The notes under the pieces are model-generated. The model searched no databases and was not told the origin of the DNA. It saw nothing but the letters and a program-made list of their open reading frames with translations. Positions 1 through 11,466 of a stretch of 64,000 nt of DNA are shown here, one piece after another (positions within the stretch are counted from its first letter, which is position 1; every line of letters starts with the position of its first letter). Location: NCBI GenBank assembly GCA_964016885.1, contig OZ024743.1, forward strand, positions 121,706,001 to 121,770,000, read 5' to 3'. This stretch comes from Eledone cirrhosa. Lineage: Eukaryota. The position numbers were made by a program, and so were the translations under genes.

Positions 1-2
1 AT

Positions 3-773
3 ATCTATAGTAAAATATTTAACAAACACACCATCAAATTTTCGTATTCTACATCCTCCAATATTTCCAACATCATCTCTAAACACAACAAAATATTAAA
101 TACTAAATCTCTTCCTTCCAATATTGAATTTCATAATAACAGTAATAGTACTCCTGACGTCATTGTAAACCCTAGGCTAACTTCTGTAAACCCAAATGCA
201 ACGTCAAACACAACTTCGCTAAATGTTCATAATCCAACTCTAAATCAAGAAACTATTATTCCTATTATTCCTATCGCAAACAACTTCTCCAATCCAATTC
301 CTTCTATAGATAACACTAGATCACTCATTAATAATCTCTCTAATTGCAACTGCCGCATTAAAAATAAATGTCCTCTCAACAACCATTGCCTCGATAAAAA
401 CTTAATTTATGAATGTAAAATTATAACTAGCACCAATTCCTTCACCTATTTTGGCTCCACTTCCACCTCTTTTAAAGCTCGTCTCTATAATCATCATTCA
501 TCTTTCAAATACAAACTTAAAAGAACTAACACTGCTCTCTCAGAACTCATATGGTCCTTAAAAGACAAAAACATTAAATATAACATCTTTTGGAAAAAGA
601 TTTCTTCTGCATCCTCATACTTGAACAGCTCTCTATCTAAAATCTGTAATCTCTGCCTAAATGAAAAATTTACCATTATCTCTAACCTAGAATCCATAAT
701 AAATAGACGCTCAGATTTGTTTTCTATCTGCCTGCATAAATTCCATAGAACTTTTCACAAAGTATACAGTTAA
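3..773 (+). mobile_element. Penelope-like element, C-terminal part of the ORF (linker plus GIY-YIG endonuclease); runs off the window start
   Basis: Open frame from 3 to TAA at 771-773 reads IYSKIFNKHTIKFSYS...CNCRIKNKCPLNNHCLDKNLIYECKI...TYFGSTSTSFKARLYNHHSSF...TALSELIWSLKDK...CNLCLNEK...INRRSDLFSICLH. These are typical Penelope GIY-YIG and Cys/His motifs. Confidence 0.92.
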
Positions 774-828
774 TATTCAATTCTTTATCAATTTAGAATC
801 TTTTCTCAAAGGCACATATACATACACC

Positions 829-1886
829 TCTTTAAAATATACCCATCTACCTTACTTTAAAGGGCATTATACACTCTATAATACTCGTTTACTCATTACC
901 CTCATTCTATCTTCTCGTAAAACAATAACATTTGTTTTTGACATTTTGAATATTCATCCGCAATCATTATTATTTTTTCTCTCTATCATAAATCTTTTTA
1001 ATCTCAATTTCATCCTTAATTTATTATTATATTTTTTTAATATATACTCATATATTCTTTAAAATATACCCATCTACCTTACTTTAAAGGGCATTATACA
1101 CTCTATAATACTCGTTTACTCATTACCCTCATTCTATCTTCTCGTAAAACAATAACATTTGTTTTTGACATTTTGAGTATTCATCCGCAATCATTATTAT
1201 TTTTTCTCTCTATCATAAATCTTTTTAATCTCAATTTCATCCTTAATTTATTATTATTTTTTTTTTCTCCCCATCAACGAACTCATTATTAATACATATG
1301 AATTCAATATACAAACTTTAACTTCACATTATTTTTCTCAAATCCTTCTACACATAAACTTTTTTTCTCTTTGCTAATTTTGAAATTCCCACAATACATA
1401 CATTTCTTCTTTTGACGTTAGAATATTCACCCACAATTATTATTTTTTTCTCTCTATCTTCATACATAATTTCCCTTCGTTAATTTTCAAATTCCTTTAA
1501 TTTATACATTATCTTCCAACGGTTCCCAACCTCTCTATATTAAAACATTATATCTTTTTCTCAGTTATAAAAACTATCTCTTTCTCTCTATCACCCATCT
1601 CTCCCTTTCCACCTTCACTCTCATCTCCTCCCCTTTTTTTCATCCTTTCCAACCCCCCCCCCTCCCTAAATAAAATATTTTTTCCTCGCACATATCCTCC
1701 CTTCGTTAATTTTCAAAATTTTTAATTTATACAGTATCTTCCAACGGTTTTCAACCCCTCTATATAAAATATATCTCCTCTCAGTTATAAAAACTATCTC
1801 TTTCTCTCTATCACCCATCTCTCCCTCTCATCTCCTTCCCTTTTCATCCTTTTCTCCCCCCCCCTCTCTAAATAAAATATTTTTCC
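829..1886 (+). repeat. Tandem duplications in the Penelope 3' non-coding region
   Basis: A block starting tttaaaatatacccatctaccttac occurs at ~831 and ~1058. A block starting cccttcgttaattttcaaa occurs at ~1473 and ~1699. Confidence 0.85.
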
Positions 1887-1981
1887 CAATATCACACATC
1901 AATCTAAAACCACTTTTCATATGTTGATTTAAAACTGCACTATCAACAAGTGTTTTTTAGCCTTCATATCATGTTCTCCTG

Positions 1982-2048
1982 TTTTATCTGATGAAAACAC
2001 AAATATTATTGTTTGATGATGTTTGTTTTTGAAATGCGCATAATAAAA
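1982..2048 (+). ncRNA. Type I hammerhead ribozyme at the 3' end of the Penelope-like element
   Basis: Helix I ttttat/ataaaa; CTGATGA at 1988-1994; helix II caaatattat/atgatgtttg; GAAA at 2031-2034; palindromic helix III A-TGCGCA-T; AUA cleavage triplet. Confidence 0.82.
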
Positions 2049-2352
2049 TATATCGAACTCCTTTAACCATCTTTTGATCTTATATTATGCATACTCCAGT
2101 CCCACAAACTGTAGAGTGCTTCTTATCCGATATCTGCATTGCTTTATTGTACTACAATAAAACTCACCTCCTACATATATATATATATATATAGTATTAG
2201 TTATACTATTTATGGTTATGTAAACACAAAACCTTAAGCAGTTGTAATGAATGTTGACCCACAATGTTTGAATATGTATCAATGTTTGAATATGTATTGG
2301 TATGTCTCTCGGCTGAAAAGGAGGTCATATAACTGTCCATGCATTAATAAAT

Positions 2353-2399
2353 TGCTCCGAAGAATCCAAACCTCGGTTTGGAGGAAACAGCTGTAAGCA
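2353..2399 (+). ncRNA. Type I hammerhead ribozyme, variant core (CCGAAGA)
   Basis: Helix I tgct/agca; CCGAAGA at 2357-2363; helix II tccaaac-ctcg-gtttgga; GAAA at 2384-2387; palindrome CAGCTG; GUA triplet. Confidence 0.75.
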
Positions 2400-2451
2400 C
2401 AATAATGTTTTGAACAGTTCTTTGATTCTTATATTTCATATATATATATAT

Positions 2452-2658
2452 ATATATAAGAAAATACATAAATATTATATATATATATAAATAAAAAGCT
2501 GGAAGGGGTAAACAAATAGTTGGGAATACGACAAATAATTAATAAATAAATAGATAAAGGTATAAATGTTTATAGCTGATTTAGAGCACTCAATAAGTTC
2601 CTGAAGCAAATAATCAATGAAAATAAACATTAAATCACTCTGTATGTAATTATGCATA
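2452..2658. repeat. Left arm of a ~200-bp inverted repeat pair (partner 5789-6000)
   Basis: The reverse complement matches 5789-6000 with few mismatches, e.g. aaaaagctggaaggggtaaacaaatagttgggaatacgac versus gtcgtattcccaactatttgtttaccccttccagcttttt. Confidence 0.9.
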
Positions 2659-3255
2659 TACATACACATATATATACACACACACACACACACAACCATA
2701 CAAATACATACATATATATGTATATATATATACACATAGACTAGAGTATGTATGTATATATGTGTGTGTCTATACGTGTGTATATAAAGATAAGTTGAGT
2801 ATGAAAATGTATACACATGAACGCGTATGTATGTACATGAATACATGTGTGTATATATATATGTATGCATGTGTATATGTATGTAAGTATGAACATGTTA
2901 CTATGTGAATGTGAGTATATGTATTTTGTAGAGGTGTGCAAATATGTTTGTGTGTGAATGCGTGGGCGAAAGGAAACGTACACTTGAAAGAAAAATTTAA
3001 GTCTGAATGTTAATTAAGTGCAAACACAAAACCAACCACGCGAATCTTTACTATCTCTAATCCTTCTATAGATTTAGAAAAATAACCAATAATATATTCT
3101 ATAAAAATGTCAAAACAACAGATGGGAATCTAATTACTCACTGCCACCAAAAATTCTCACTGCTATCAAAAAACCACTCCCTCAACTATTCTTCTAACAA
3201 CTTCACCCCTCCCTCCAAATATTCTCTATAAAAACCAAAGAGGTCCTCAGTAATA

Positions 3256-3376
3256 TTATTCTGATGAAATGACAGTAGATAATAACATTGAAATATTGAA
3301 TGTCTGCATAACTAATACTTTGTAGATAGCAGCTGTTTTCAGGTTATGTAACTGTTATAGAAACACGTGTCAATAA
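3256..3376 (+). ncRNA. Type I hammerhead ribozyme with a ~92-nt helix II domain
   Basis: Helix I ttatt/aataa; CTGATGA at 3261-3267; helix II base atgacagt/actgttat; GAAA at 3360-3363; palindrome CACGTG; canonical GUC triplet; followed by AATAAA and then (TA)n. Confidence 0.85.
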
Positions 3377-3565
3377 ATTCCTTTCAACTAAACTGTATCC
3401 ATTCAAATCTTTCTATATATATATGTATGTATTTGTTTCGACGGCTATTATATACATATATATATATAAAAATATATATATATATAAAAATACACATATA
3501 CACACACACTCATATATACAAAAAGTTACGTCACCACCTTAATAAAAATACACACACACATATAA

Positions 3566-3630
<65 letters not shown>

Positions 3631-3879
3631 CATATACATACAGATATATATAATTATATACACATATATATATACATATATACACACAGAAATAAATATC
3701 TATAAATAAAAAAGGTGCGTATGTAAAGGGTAAGATAGAAAGTAGGGGGGAATAAGTAAAATAAATAACAGGAAAAAGTTTAAATATAAGGGGGAAAAAG
3801 AATATAAGAGTACAGAAAGTGAGTTCAGAGAGTAATAAAAATCGTAGTGGATGTAAGGCGTAGAGAGCAGAGAAGAAGT

Positions 3880-5786
3880 TCAAGGTGGTTGAGTCATCGT
3901 AGGAATGTCAATCCAGTTACAGAGCAGATTCAATTTCAGGTGAGGACAACATCTGAAGATCTCGGTCTTGGAGTTCAGGCAAGTTGAAGTGGCTTTCAAG
4001 TTTTGTAGAATTCTAAATTTCTCAGTGGTACACAAAGAACAATTCTTTGTGCGCCTTTGGTATTCCCTCGAATGGTCTAAAATAGACCAATCGATAGAGT
4101 ACGGGATGTTTTTATCTTTGAATTCTCACACCTTATTTGCGAGAGCCGTTGCTGTTCTTTTATCAGAGTGTTTAAAAGAAGCGACATGTGCATAAAACCT
4201 GGTTTTGAACCTGTCCTGAGTCATGCCAACATATCGTTCACTCCTGGCAGGCTGGTTGTTAATCAAAGGTGTCACTTTGGCCTCATATACAACGGATTTG
4301 GTATTACATTTGCCCTGTAATGGGCATTCATCCGGCTTCCTGCAACTGCATCCTGGATTTATTCTCGTACGATTAGAATTGGTGATTTTAGACTTGATTG
4401 ATGGGCAGCAAGAGTAACTCATTTTAACTACATTTCTATTAAATATCTTATAATATCTATGATTAGGGGGAAAATGTTTGTCTAAGAGGACAAGGAATGT
4501 CCTTCCTACATTAGTTTTGACAGTTAGAGAGAAGGGGCGGGGGGGGTGTAAACCAAATAATTTTCCTTTTCCTATTATTGTGATTAGTTTTAGGGGGAGG
4601 AGTAGGTAAATATTTAATGTGTTCTGTAAAGCGGCTGTTATTAATGGCTTTATTATAATAAGGGGCGGCTTTGTTAAAAATGTCTAGAGACGAAGATAAG
4701 GTAGAAATCCTACGGCTAATATTGGGAATAAGATTTTTAAAAACTATAGGGGGATGGCAAGACTCTTTGTGTATATATCTAAGATTTTCGTTAGGTTTAT
4801 GATAAGGTTTAAAAGAGGCAGTAAGTAGATCAAGATTAATGTCAAGAAAGTTAGCATTGGTAAGGTTCGTATCTATAGTAATTTTAAGATTAGCAAAAGT
4901 ATTGATTAAATCTTTACGGAATTTATCAAGGTTATGGCCGTTGGTGGTATGAGAAACTGCCAATCCGTCGTCACGGTATAAACCGATATTATGGGTAGGA
5001 AATTTCTCTTTAAGGGTGTGGAGAAGGAATAATCCTACTAAGTCACACACATCCGCACTGTCATATGAACCCAATGCAACATCAAAAGAGTTTTCAGGGT
5101 TTGACTTTTTAACCCAAATACTTTCATTAGTAAAGAGTAGAGTTTTCCTAGCATGAAAGATAATGTCTTCTTCTAATTTCGAAATATTAATGAAGGGTCT
5201 TGCAAAATCTAAGGCTTTAGTTAATAAGGAAACAGTAATAGAGAGGTAAAAATCAAAAATATCAAATTGGGTAAATCTACACTTATTTTTACCTTGTATA
5301 TTATTAAACAAAAAAATAACAGAGGATGTGATAAGTCAGTCTTAGTTCTAATTTGGAGAATTATTTTTCTTAAGATGTTTTTACTTACAAGGCCAACTTC
5401 GGATTTAGTCGGGTTAATCAGTCTACAGCTAGGTCGATTAGTAAAGTCTAATTTATGGTCTTTAAGGGTGATATATTCTTTACGTTTAGCTAGGCTTTCA
5501 ATCCGGTTGTCTATTTTTAAAGAACTAGCTAGTTCTTTAGCTTCTTTATTAATAGTATTGTAGGTGTTATTATTAGTTAATTGATATTTGTTGGTGATAC
5601 TATTAGTTAAAAGTTGGTTATACAAAATACTATTAACTTCAAAGAGATTTTTAGTTTTATCGGAAAGAACAAAAGTGTTTGTAGAATTTTTAAAATTAGA
5701 AATATCGTTGGAAAGTTTAGTTTGAAAATTATTATTATACTTACGAAATTTGATATCACTAATTAAAATAACAAGGTCTAATTCGA
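3880..5786 (-). mobile_element. Penelope-like retroelement, 5'-truncated and frameshifted (RT plus GIY-YIG)
   Basis: ORF fragments 5221-5625 (YITLKDHK...CRLINPTKSEVG), 4511-5311 (QFDIFDFY...GSYDSADVCDLVG...GLYRDDGL...NFLDINLDL) and 4126-4422 (CSCRKPDECPLQGKC...VVYEAKV...YVGMT...FKTR). Confidence 0.93.
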
Positions 5787-5788
5787 AT

Positions 5789-6000
5789 TATGCATAATTA
5801 CATAGAGTGATTTAATGTTTATTTTCATTGATTATTTGCTCCAGGAACTAGTTGAGTGCTCTAAATCAGCTATAAACATTTATACCTTTATCTATTTATT
5901 TATTTATTTATTATTTGTCGTATTCCCAACTATTTGTTTACCCCTTCCAGCTTTTTATTTTTATATATATATATATAATATTTATGTATTTACTTATATA
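5789..6000. repeat. Right arm of the ~200-bp inverted repeat pair (partner 2452-2658)
   Basis: Reverse-complement match to 2452-2658; abuts the 5' truncation point of the Penelope element. Confidence 0.9.
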
Positions 6001-6011
6001 TATATATGTAT

Positions 6012-6069
<58 letters not shown>

Positions 6070-6073
6070 GTGT

Positions 6074-9000
6074 ATCATCATCATCATCAACGTTTAATGT
6101 CCGTGTTCCACGCTTGCATGGGTTTGGACGGGGGTAGTCCCACTTGAGGCAAGAGTGATTGTCTTGCTCGCATAGGACCGTCTGGCAGGTTTTCTACAGT
6201 TGGATGCCCTTCCTAACACCAACCACATTTACAGTGTGGGTCTGGGAGGTTTTTACCGTGTTGCCTACACGGCCACATTACAGCGTGGACTGTGTGTTTT
6301 TTTGTCGTGACACCTACACGATCTCATTTGTTTCGGCCTGGATGGCGCGGCACCAACATAACTTTACATAGAACGGGGTGGTGTGGATGGGGTGGGGTGG
6401 GGGGTGTATTTTGTTAGAGATGCCTACTGGCTGGAGTAGGTTTTACTATATATTTAGGTAAGGCGGGTCTTCTCTGTTACTGAGTACCGCCAAAGGTCTC
6501 GGTCCAGTGACATTGTCTTGGAGAGGTGTAAGTGTGTGATGTCGGAGTTTATCAGCTCGTCCCAGGTTTTTCTAGGTCTGCCTATTCCGTGACTACCGTC
6601 TATCTTTATTGCCCTGCACTTTGTTATACAGCTATCGACTTTCATGCGCATCACGTGTCCATACCAACGTAGCCTTCTCTCGAGTAAACAACATCTGATC
6701 CCTCTTATCTCTAATTTTTTCCTTAGTTCGTTTATGCTTTGCCGTTCACGTATATTACTGTTACACATCCAGCGGAGCATGCAAGCTTCGTTCCTCTCTA
6801 GTCTGCGTATATCCTCTGCACACAAGGCCCAGGTCTCACTGCCATGCAGCATTGCTGTTCGTATGCAGGCATCGTACAACCTGCCTTTCATTTTTAGAGA
6901 GAACCCTTTAGCAGCTAATAGTGGTATAAGCTCTCTGAACTTTTTCCAACCAGTTCTGACTCTAGCTACAGTACTTTCAGAGCACCCTCCCCCACTGCTG
7001 ATTTTATCGCCCAGGTAACGGAAGCTGTCCACTATTTCTATAGAACCCTCTGCGCAATTGAAAGAGCTAGTATTTTGTGGGCACTTGCTGCTACTTATTG
7101 CACCAGAACACCGGCCACATGTAAAATCTATGTTCTTAGTTAGCTTACCTGTGATCCCACTACATCTTTTATGCACCCATACTTTGCATTTAGGACATAA
7201 AATGGAGTTTCTACCTACGCCTTTCCTACACACCGAGCACGACCATTTCCCAGAAGGGACCGCCGCCTTGTTTTCTTTCCTACAAACTAGAACTTTGGTC
7301 TTAGCCAGGTTAATTTTAAGTCCTTTTGACTCTAGGCCGTGCTTCCATGTTTGGAATTTCTTCTCTAGCTCGGCCATTGATTCCGCTATGAGTGTCAGGT
7401 CGTCTGCGTATAGGAGTTCCCATGGGCAGCCTGTCTTGAACTCCTCTGTTATAGCCTGAAGGGCAATAATAAATAGTAGGGGGCTGAGAACAGAGCCCTG
7501 ATGGACGCCAACTTTTACGCTAAACTCTTCACTATATTCGTTGTTAATTCTAACCTTGCTGACTGTTTCTTTATACATGGCTTGTATAGCACTCACAAGC
7601 CATTCGTCAACGCCTAGTTTTCTAAGAGCCCACCAGATAATGGAGCGGGGGACTCTGTCGAAGGCTTTCTCCAAGTCGACAAAAGCTAAGTAGAGGGGTT
7701 TACCTTTAGCTAGGTACTTCTCCTGTAGTTGTCGTACTATGAAAAGAGCGTCTGTGGTACTTTTGCCTGACACAAACCCGAACTGCATTTCATCTAGGTC
7801 AATTCTCTCTCTGATTACTTGCGCTATTACTTTTTCCGTGACCTTCATGACCTGGTCAATTAATTTAATGCCTCTATAGTTACTCCTATCTAGGGCGTCT
7901 CCTTTACCCTTATAACAGTTAACGATGATGCTGCTATGCCAGTCCTTCGGAACAACCCCATTCTGTACGACTTGGTTAACTATGCGGGTGACCATGGTGT
8001 GTCCCACCGTGCCAGATGCCTTCAGCATCTCAGCAACTATTTCCGAAGGCCCAGCCGCCTTACCCATCTTCATATCCTTGATTGCCTTACTTATTATACT
8101 CCCCTCGACTAACACTGCTGGTCCCTCTATTGGGTCGATATGGGGGAGACTGTCTTTCTCCCATTTATTCTCCTCATTTAGTAGCCTTTCATAGTGACAC
8201 TTCCAAGCTACCTTCTTATCAGCGTCGGTGATGGCAAGTGTGCCATCGTCGTTTAGTACACACTTCTCCCCGACAATATCACGGTTTTCCTTGACGCATT
8301 GCCTAGCAATCCTGAACACCTCACGTTTTTGGTCATCGCGTTGTAGAACATGCTTGAACTTTCTTTCCTCAGCTTCCCTTCTTGCTAAGTACACTTCTCT
8401 CCTAGCTTCCCTCCTGGCCACTTGATAGTCTTCTCTACTTCCCCCATCCCACCATACTTTCCAAGCCTGCTTTTTGGCCTTAATTGACCCCTCCACCTTA
8501 CTGTTCCACCACCATGTTACTCTCCTCCTGCCTACAGGCCTGCTCCAGCCACAGACTTCGTCTGTCGCCAACAGCAGGTTTGCTTTCAGAAATTCCCACT
8601 CTCCCTCTATATTGTCCGACTCTAAATGTTCTTCCTTACTGTCGAAAGCATCAAGTAATATGCTTTGAAATTTATTCCTGGCTGTGGGGTCCTTTAGCTT
8701 TCATATTTTTCTCCTGAGGATAGTCCTCTTCTGCTGTCGAGTACGTCTCGTCCTGACTATGAGGTCGCTAATTATCAGTCTATGTTGGGAGGTGCATTCT
8801 TCATGGGGGGGGGGGGGGATTTAGTGTTTACAACAGACACTCTGTCACGTCTTCTGGTAAGGATATAATCTACCTGGCTTGTGTGTTCCCCGGATCTATA
8901 GGTGATCAGGTGATTGTCACGTTTTTTGAAGTTAGTGTTACAGATAGTTAGGTTATTTGCATCACAGAATTCCAGGATTCTGGAGCCTTCCTCATTTCTA

Positions 9001-9378
9001 GTACCAAACCCATAGCCTCCATGGATTTCGTCGTAGCCGTCACAATGTTGTCCAACGTGACCATTTAGGTCGCCTGCAATAATTATATAGTCACTGTCGG
9101 ATATTTGGGAGGTAGTTAGCATCAGTGTCTCATAGAATCTGTCTTTTATAGTGCCGGGCAGTCCGGATTGGGGTGCGTACGCAGATATTACTGTCACCGT
9201 AGTTCTATTGAGGACAAGTCGTATTTTAATTATTCTGTCGTTCACTCTATTTACGTCTATTATCTTATCTGCCCACTTTTCTGCTACCATGATTCCTACT
9301 CCACCCAGCCCATCATCGTTTCCCACCCAGAAAAGCTTATAACATCGTTTTTTACCCTCAATGAATCTAGCAGACCCA
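6074..9378 (-). mobile_element. RTE-clade LINE, 5'-truncated: AP endonuclease, reverse transcriptase, PHD finger, 3'UTR and (GAT)n tail
   Basis: Endonuclease motifs (ISAYAPQ, GDLNGHVG, SQVDYIL) in 8775-9378. RT motifs (NYRGIKL, FVDLEKAFD, GVHQGSVLSP, LLYADD) in the 705-aa ORF. Apparent frameshift at the G-run 8806-8818 and a TGA near 8701. Tail at 6074-6088. Confidence 0.95.
6454..8571 (-). CDS. RTE LINE reverse transcriptase ORF remnant (705 aa)
   Basis: ORF track. RT motifs, a C4HC3 finger and the RTE C-terminal motif RRLRWYGHVMRM...GRPRKTW. Confidence 0.85.
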   Translation of the reverse strand: MATDEVCGWSRPVGRRRVTWWWNSKVEGSIKAKKQAWKVWWDGGSREDYQVARREARREVYLARREAEERKFKHVLQRDDQKREVFRIARQCVKENRDIVGEKCVLNDDGTLAITDADKKVAWKCHYERLLNEENKWEKDSLPHIDPIEGPAVLVEGSIISKAIKDMKMGKAAGPSEIVAEMLKASGTVGHTMVTRIVNQVVQNGVVPKDWHSSIIVNCYKGKGDALDRSNYRGIKLIDQVMKVTEKVIAQVIRERIDLDEMQFGFVSGKSTTDALFIVRQLQEKYLAKGKPLYLAFVDLEKAFDRVPRSIIWWALRKLGVDEWLVSAIQAMYKETVSKVRINNEYSEEFSVKVGVHQGSVLSPLLFIIALQAITEEFKTGCPWELLYADDLTLIAESMAELEKKFQTWKHGLESKGLKINLAKTKVLVCRKENKAAVPSGKWSCSVCRKGVGRNSILCPKCKVWVHKRCSGITGKLTKNIDFTCGRCSGAISSSKCPQNTSSFNCAEGSIEIVDSFRYLGDKISSGGGCSESTVARVRTGWKKFRELIPLLAAKGFSLKMKGRLYDACIRTAMLHGSETWALCAEDIRRLERNEACMLRWMCNSNIRERQSINELRKKLEIRGIRCCLLERRLRWYGHVMRMKVDSCITKCRAIKIDGSHGIGRPRKTWDELINSDITHLHLSKTMSLDRDLWRYSVTEKTRLT

Positions 9379-9444
<66 letters not shown>

Positions 9445-9460
9445 TATATTATGTGAAAGG

Positions 9461-9493
<33 letters not shown>

Positions 9494-9796
9494 ATGTGTG
9501 TGTGTGCGTGTGTATGTATATATTTATAGGTATGTATGTGTAAATGTGTGTATTGCTTACCACGTGTGTTTATTTATTTGTGTCCTTTCCTGTATCGCTG
9601 TCAACTTTATAATAATTTTTATTTTCTTAAGTCGTATATTTTTTTATGTTTATGTAACGGCCTATTGCATTACATGGTTGTCCATTGTTTTTTATTTTTA
9701 TTTGTTCTTATAATTAATTGTGTGTGTGCGGATGTATGCGTGTATATATGTGTGTATGTATGTGTGTGTATGTACGTGTGTATATATGTATGATTA

Positions 9797-9847
<51 letters not shown>

Positions 9848-9874
9848 ATGTGTATGTATGGATATATATATATA

Positions 9875-10760
9875 CTAGCAGAGATACCCGGCGTTGCTCG
9901 GATATTAAATAGCAGTTGTGTATACCATTTATGTTAATACTTCAGTGCTGCTTCGAAAACTATACTTTTACAAAATCATCGGCTTTTTTCCAAAAGGGGT
10001 TCCTGCCCCCAGGGGTCCCCTACCCAATATGTGCCAATTCTGAGAGTTCACATTCATCTGTAGGACAAACGTAGCCCATGTGTCAAGTTTTGTGAAAATC
10101 GGTTGCGAACTCCAGAAGTTATGACGTTTTGTTGCATTGCACTGCAGTGCTTCAGTCGACCGCAAGGAAGTGGTTAAAGGGGTTATCTGCCGGGGGCCCT
10201 ATAATCAATATCTGGGAAAATGACAGTGCCCATGACCATCCGGAGTACATAAGTAACCTATGTCTTAAGTTTGGTGAAAATACTGTAGAAATGCATAAGG
10301 TTTATACATACGCGCGTGCGTGCGTGTGTGTTTGTATGGGTGTGTATGTATTTGTGTGTGCGTATGTATGTGTATGTCCGTCGGGGCATACGTATGTACT
10401 GGCCTAAATCTTCACTATTTACTTTTACTATTTTAATAACCTCTGTCATTTTCGTTTTCAATTTTATTTACATCATTCTTAAACTCCGCGGCTGGAAATC
10501 ATTCTGTTATTTTAAATAGAATATTAGTCTAACGACTCCATTTATACCATAAACTTGGTCTTGTCTTTGCATGAAATTGTTCTTCTCGGTCCACATAACG
10601 ACGTATTTATCCTCGCTTTGAAACCTCGTCTATTTGCTTCCTTGGCACTTTTTACATAGGTGTGTAAATTTTCGTGTCAGTCCGACCACGTCTACTACCA
10701 TTTAACCGTGCACATCTGAATTTCAACCACCGTCCATTTCACAAATATATATTAGATAGA
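9875..10760 (-). mobile_element. Non-autonomous Helitron-like element
   Basis: The minus strand begins A|TCTATCTAATAT at 10760 and ends with a GC hairpin (ccgagcaacgccggg) followed by CTAG|T at 9875. This fits Helitron termini and an A/T target. Confidence 0.7.
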
Positions 10761-11068
10761 TGATGATATATGATATATATAAATTTTAGAACAGCATTAA
10801 CGAAGCTTTAGTTTGCGGCCAAGCTAACAAATGCAAATTCGGTATGAAGCTTTAGCACTCGAATGGGAATAGTACCCCAGAGTAATAACAATACGTTTAG
10901 ACAACTTAGCAAATCAAATATAGCGATCGGCAGTCCAGCCGCATTACCATAGCAACGAAAATACAAGACTCAGGAAAAGATTTATATATATATATATATA
11001 TCCTATACTGTCATTTCTATAATATGAAGAGGGTGTTTAACTCCAACACACTTTAGTATTTTAATTCT

Positions 11069-11102
<34 letters not shown>

Positions 11103-11417
11103 ATAAAATAATCTATAATCGTGTTTTGTTTTTACACCGTGCAACAAGGATTCATTAGTTTTGTTGGCCCTTAAAATTATTTTTGTGGCCGATTGTTTTT
11201 ATAGAGTACTTTTATATCTGCATCTGTTTTTATCTGTTAAGTAGTAACATCGGTCCTGTTTCAAGGAATCTGATTTTTTGTTATGAAATCGAATTTCTAA
11301 CCGATTTATATACGTTGACTTATTTCTAAGCACATCTATGCATATAAACAGACCTGACCTTTACTAACTGCAAACATTTCCTCTCCAACACCGCGGTGAT
11401 ATATTTTATATATATAA

Positions 11418-11466
<49 letters not shown>

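Noticed and set aside
2475-3883. ORFs rich in Y/I/H/T/C/V, here and at 5815, 9168, 9536, 35865, 38406 and 58670
   Set aside because: These are translations of (TA)n, (CA)n and (TG)n microsatellites.
6644-8717. Plus-strand ORFs overlapping the RTE element
   Set aside because: Antisense shadows of the RT coding frame.
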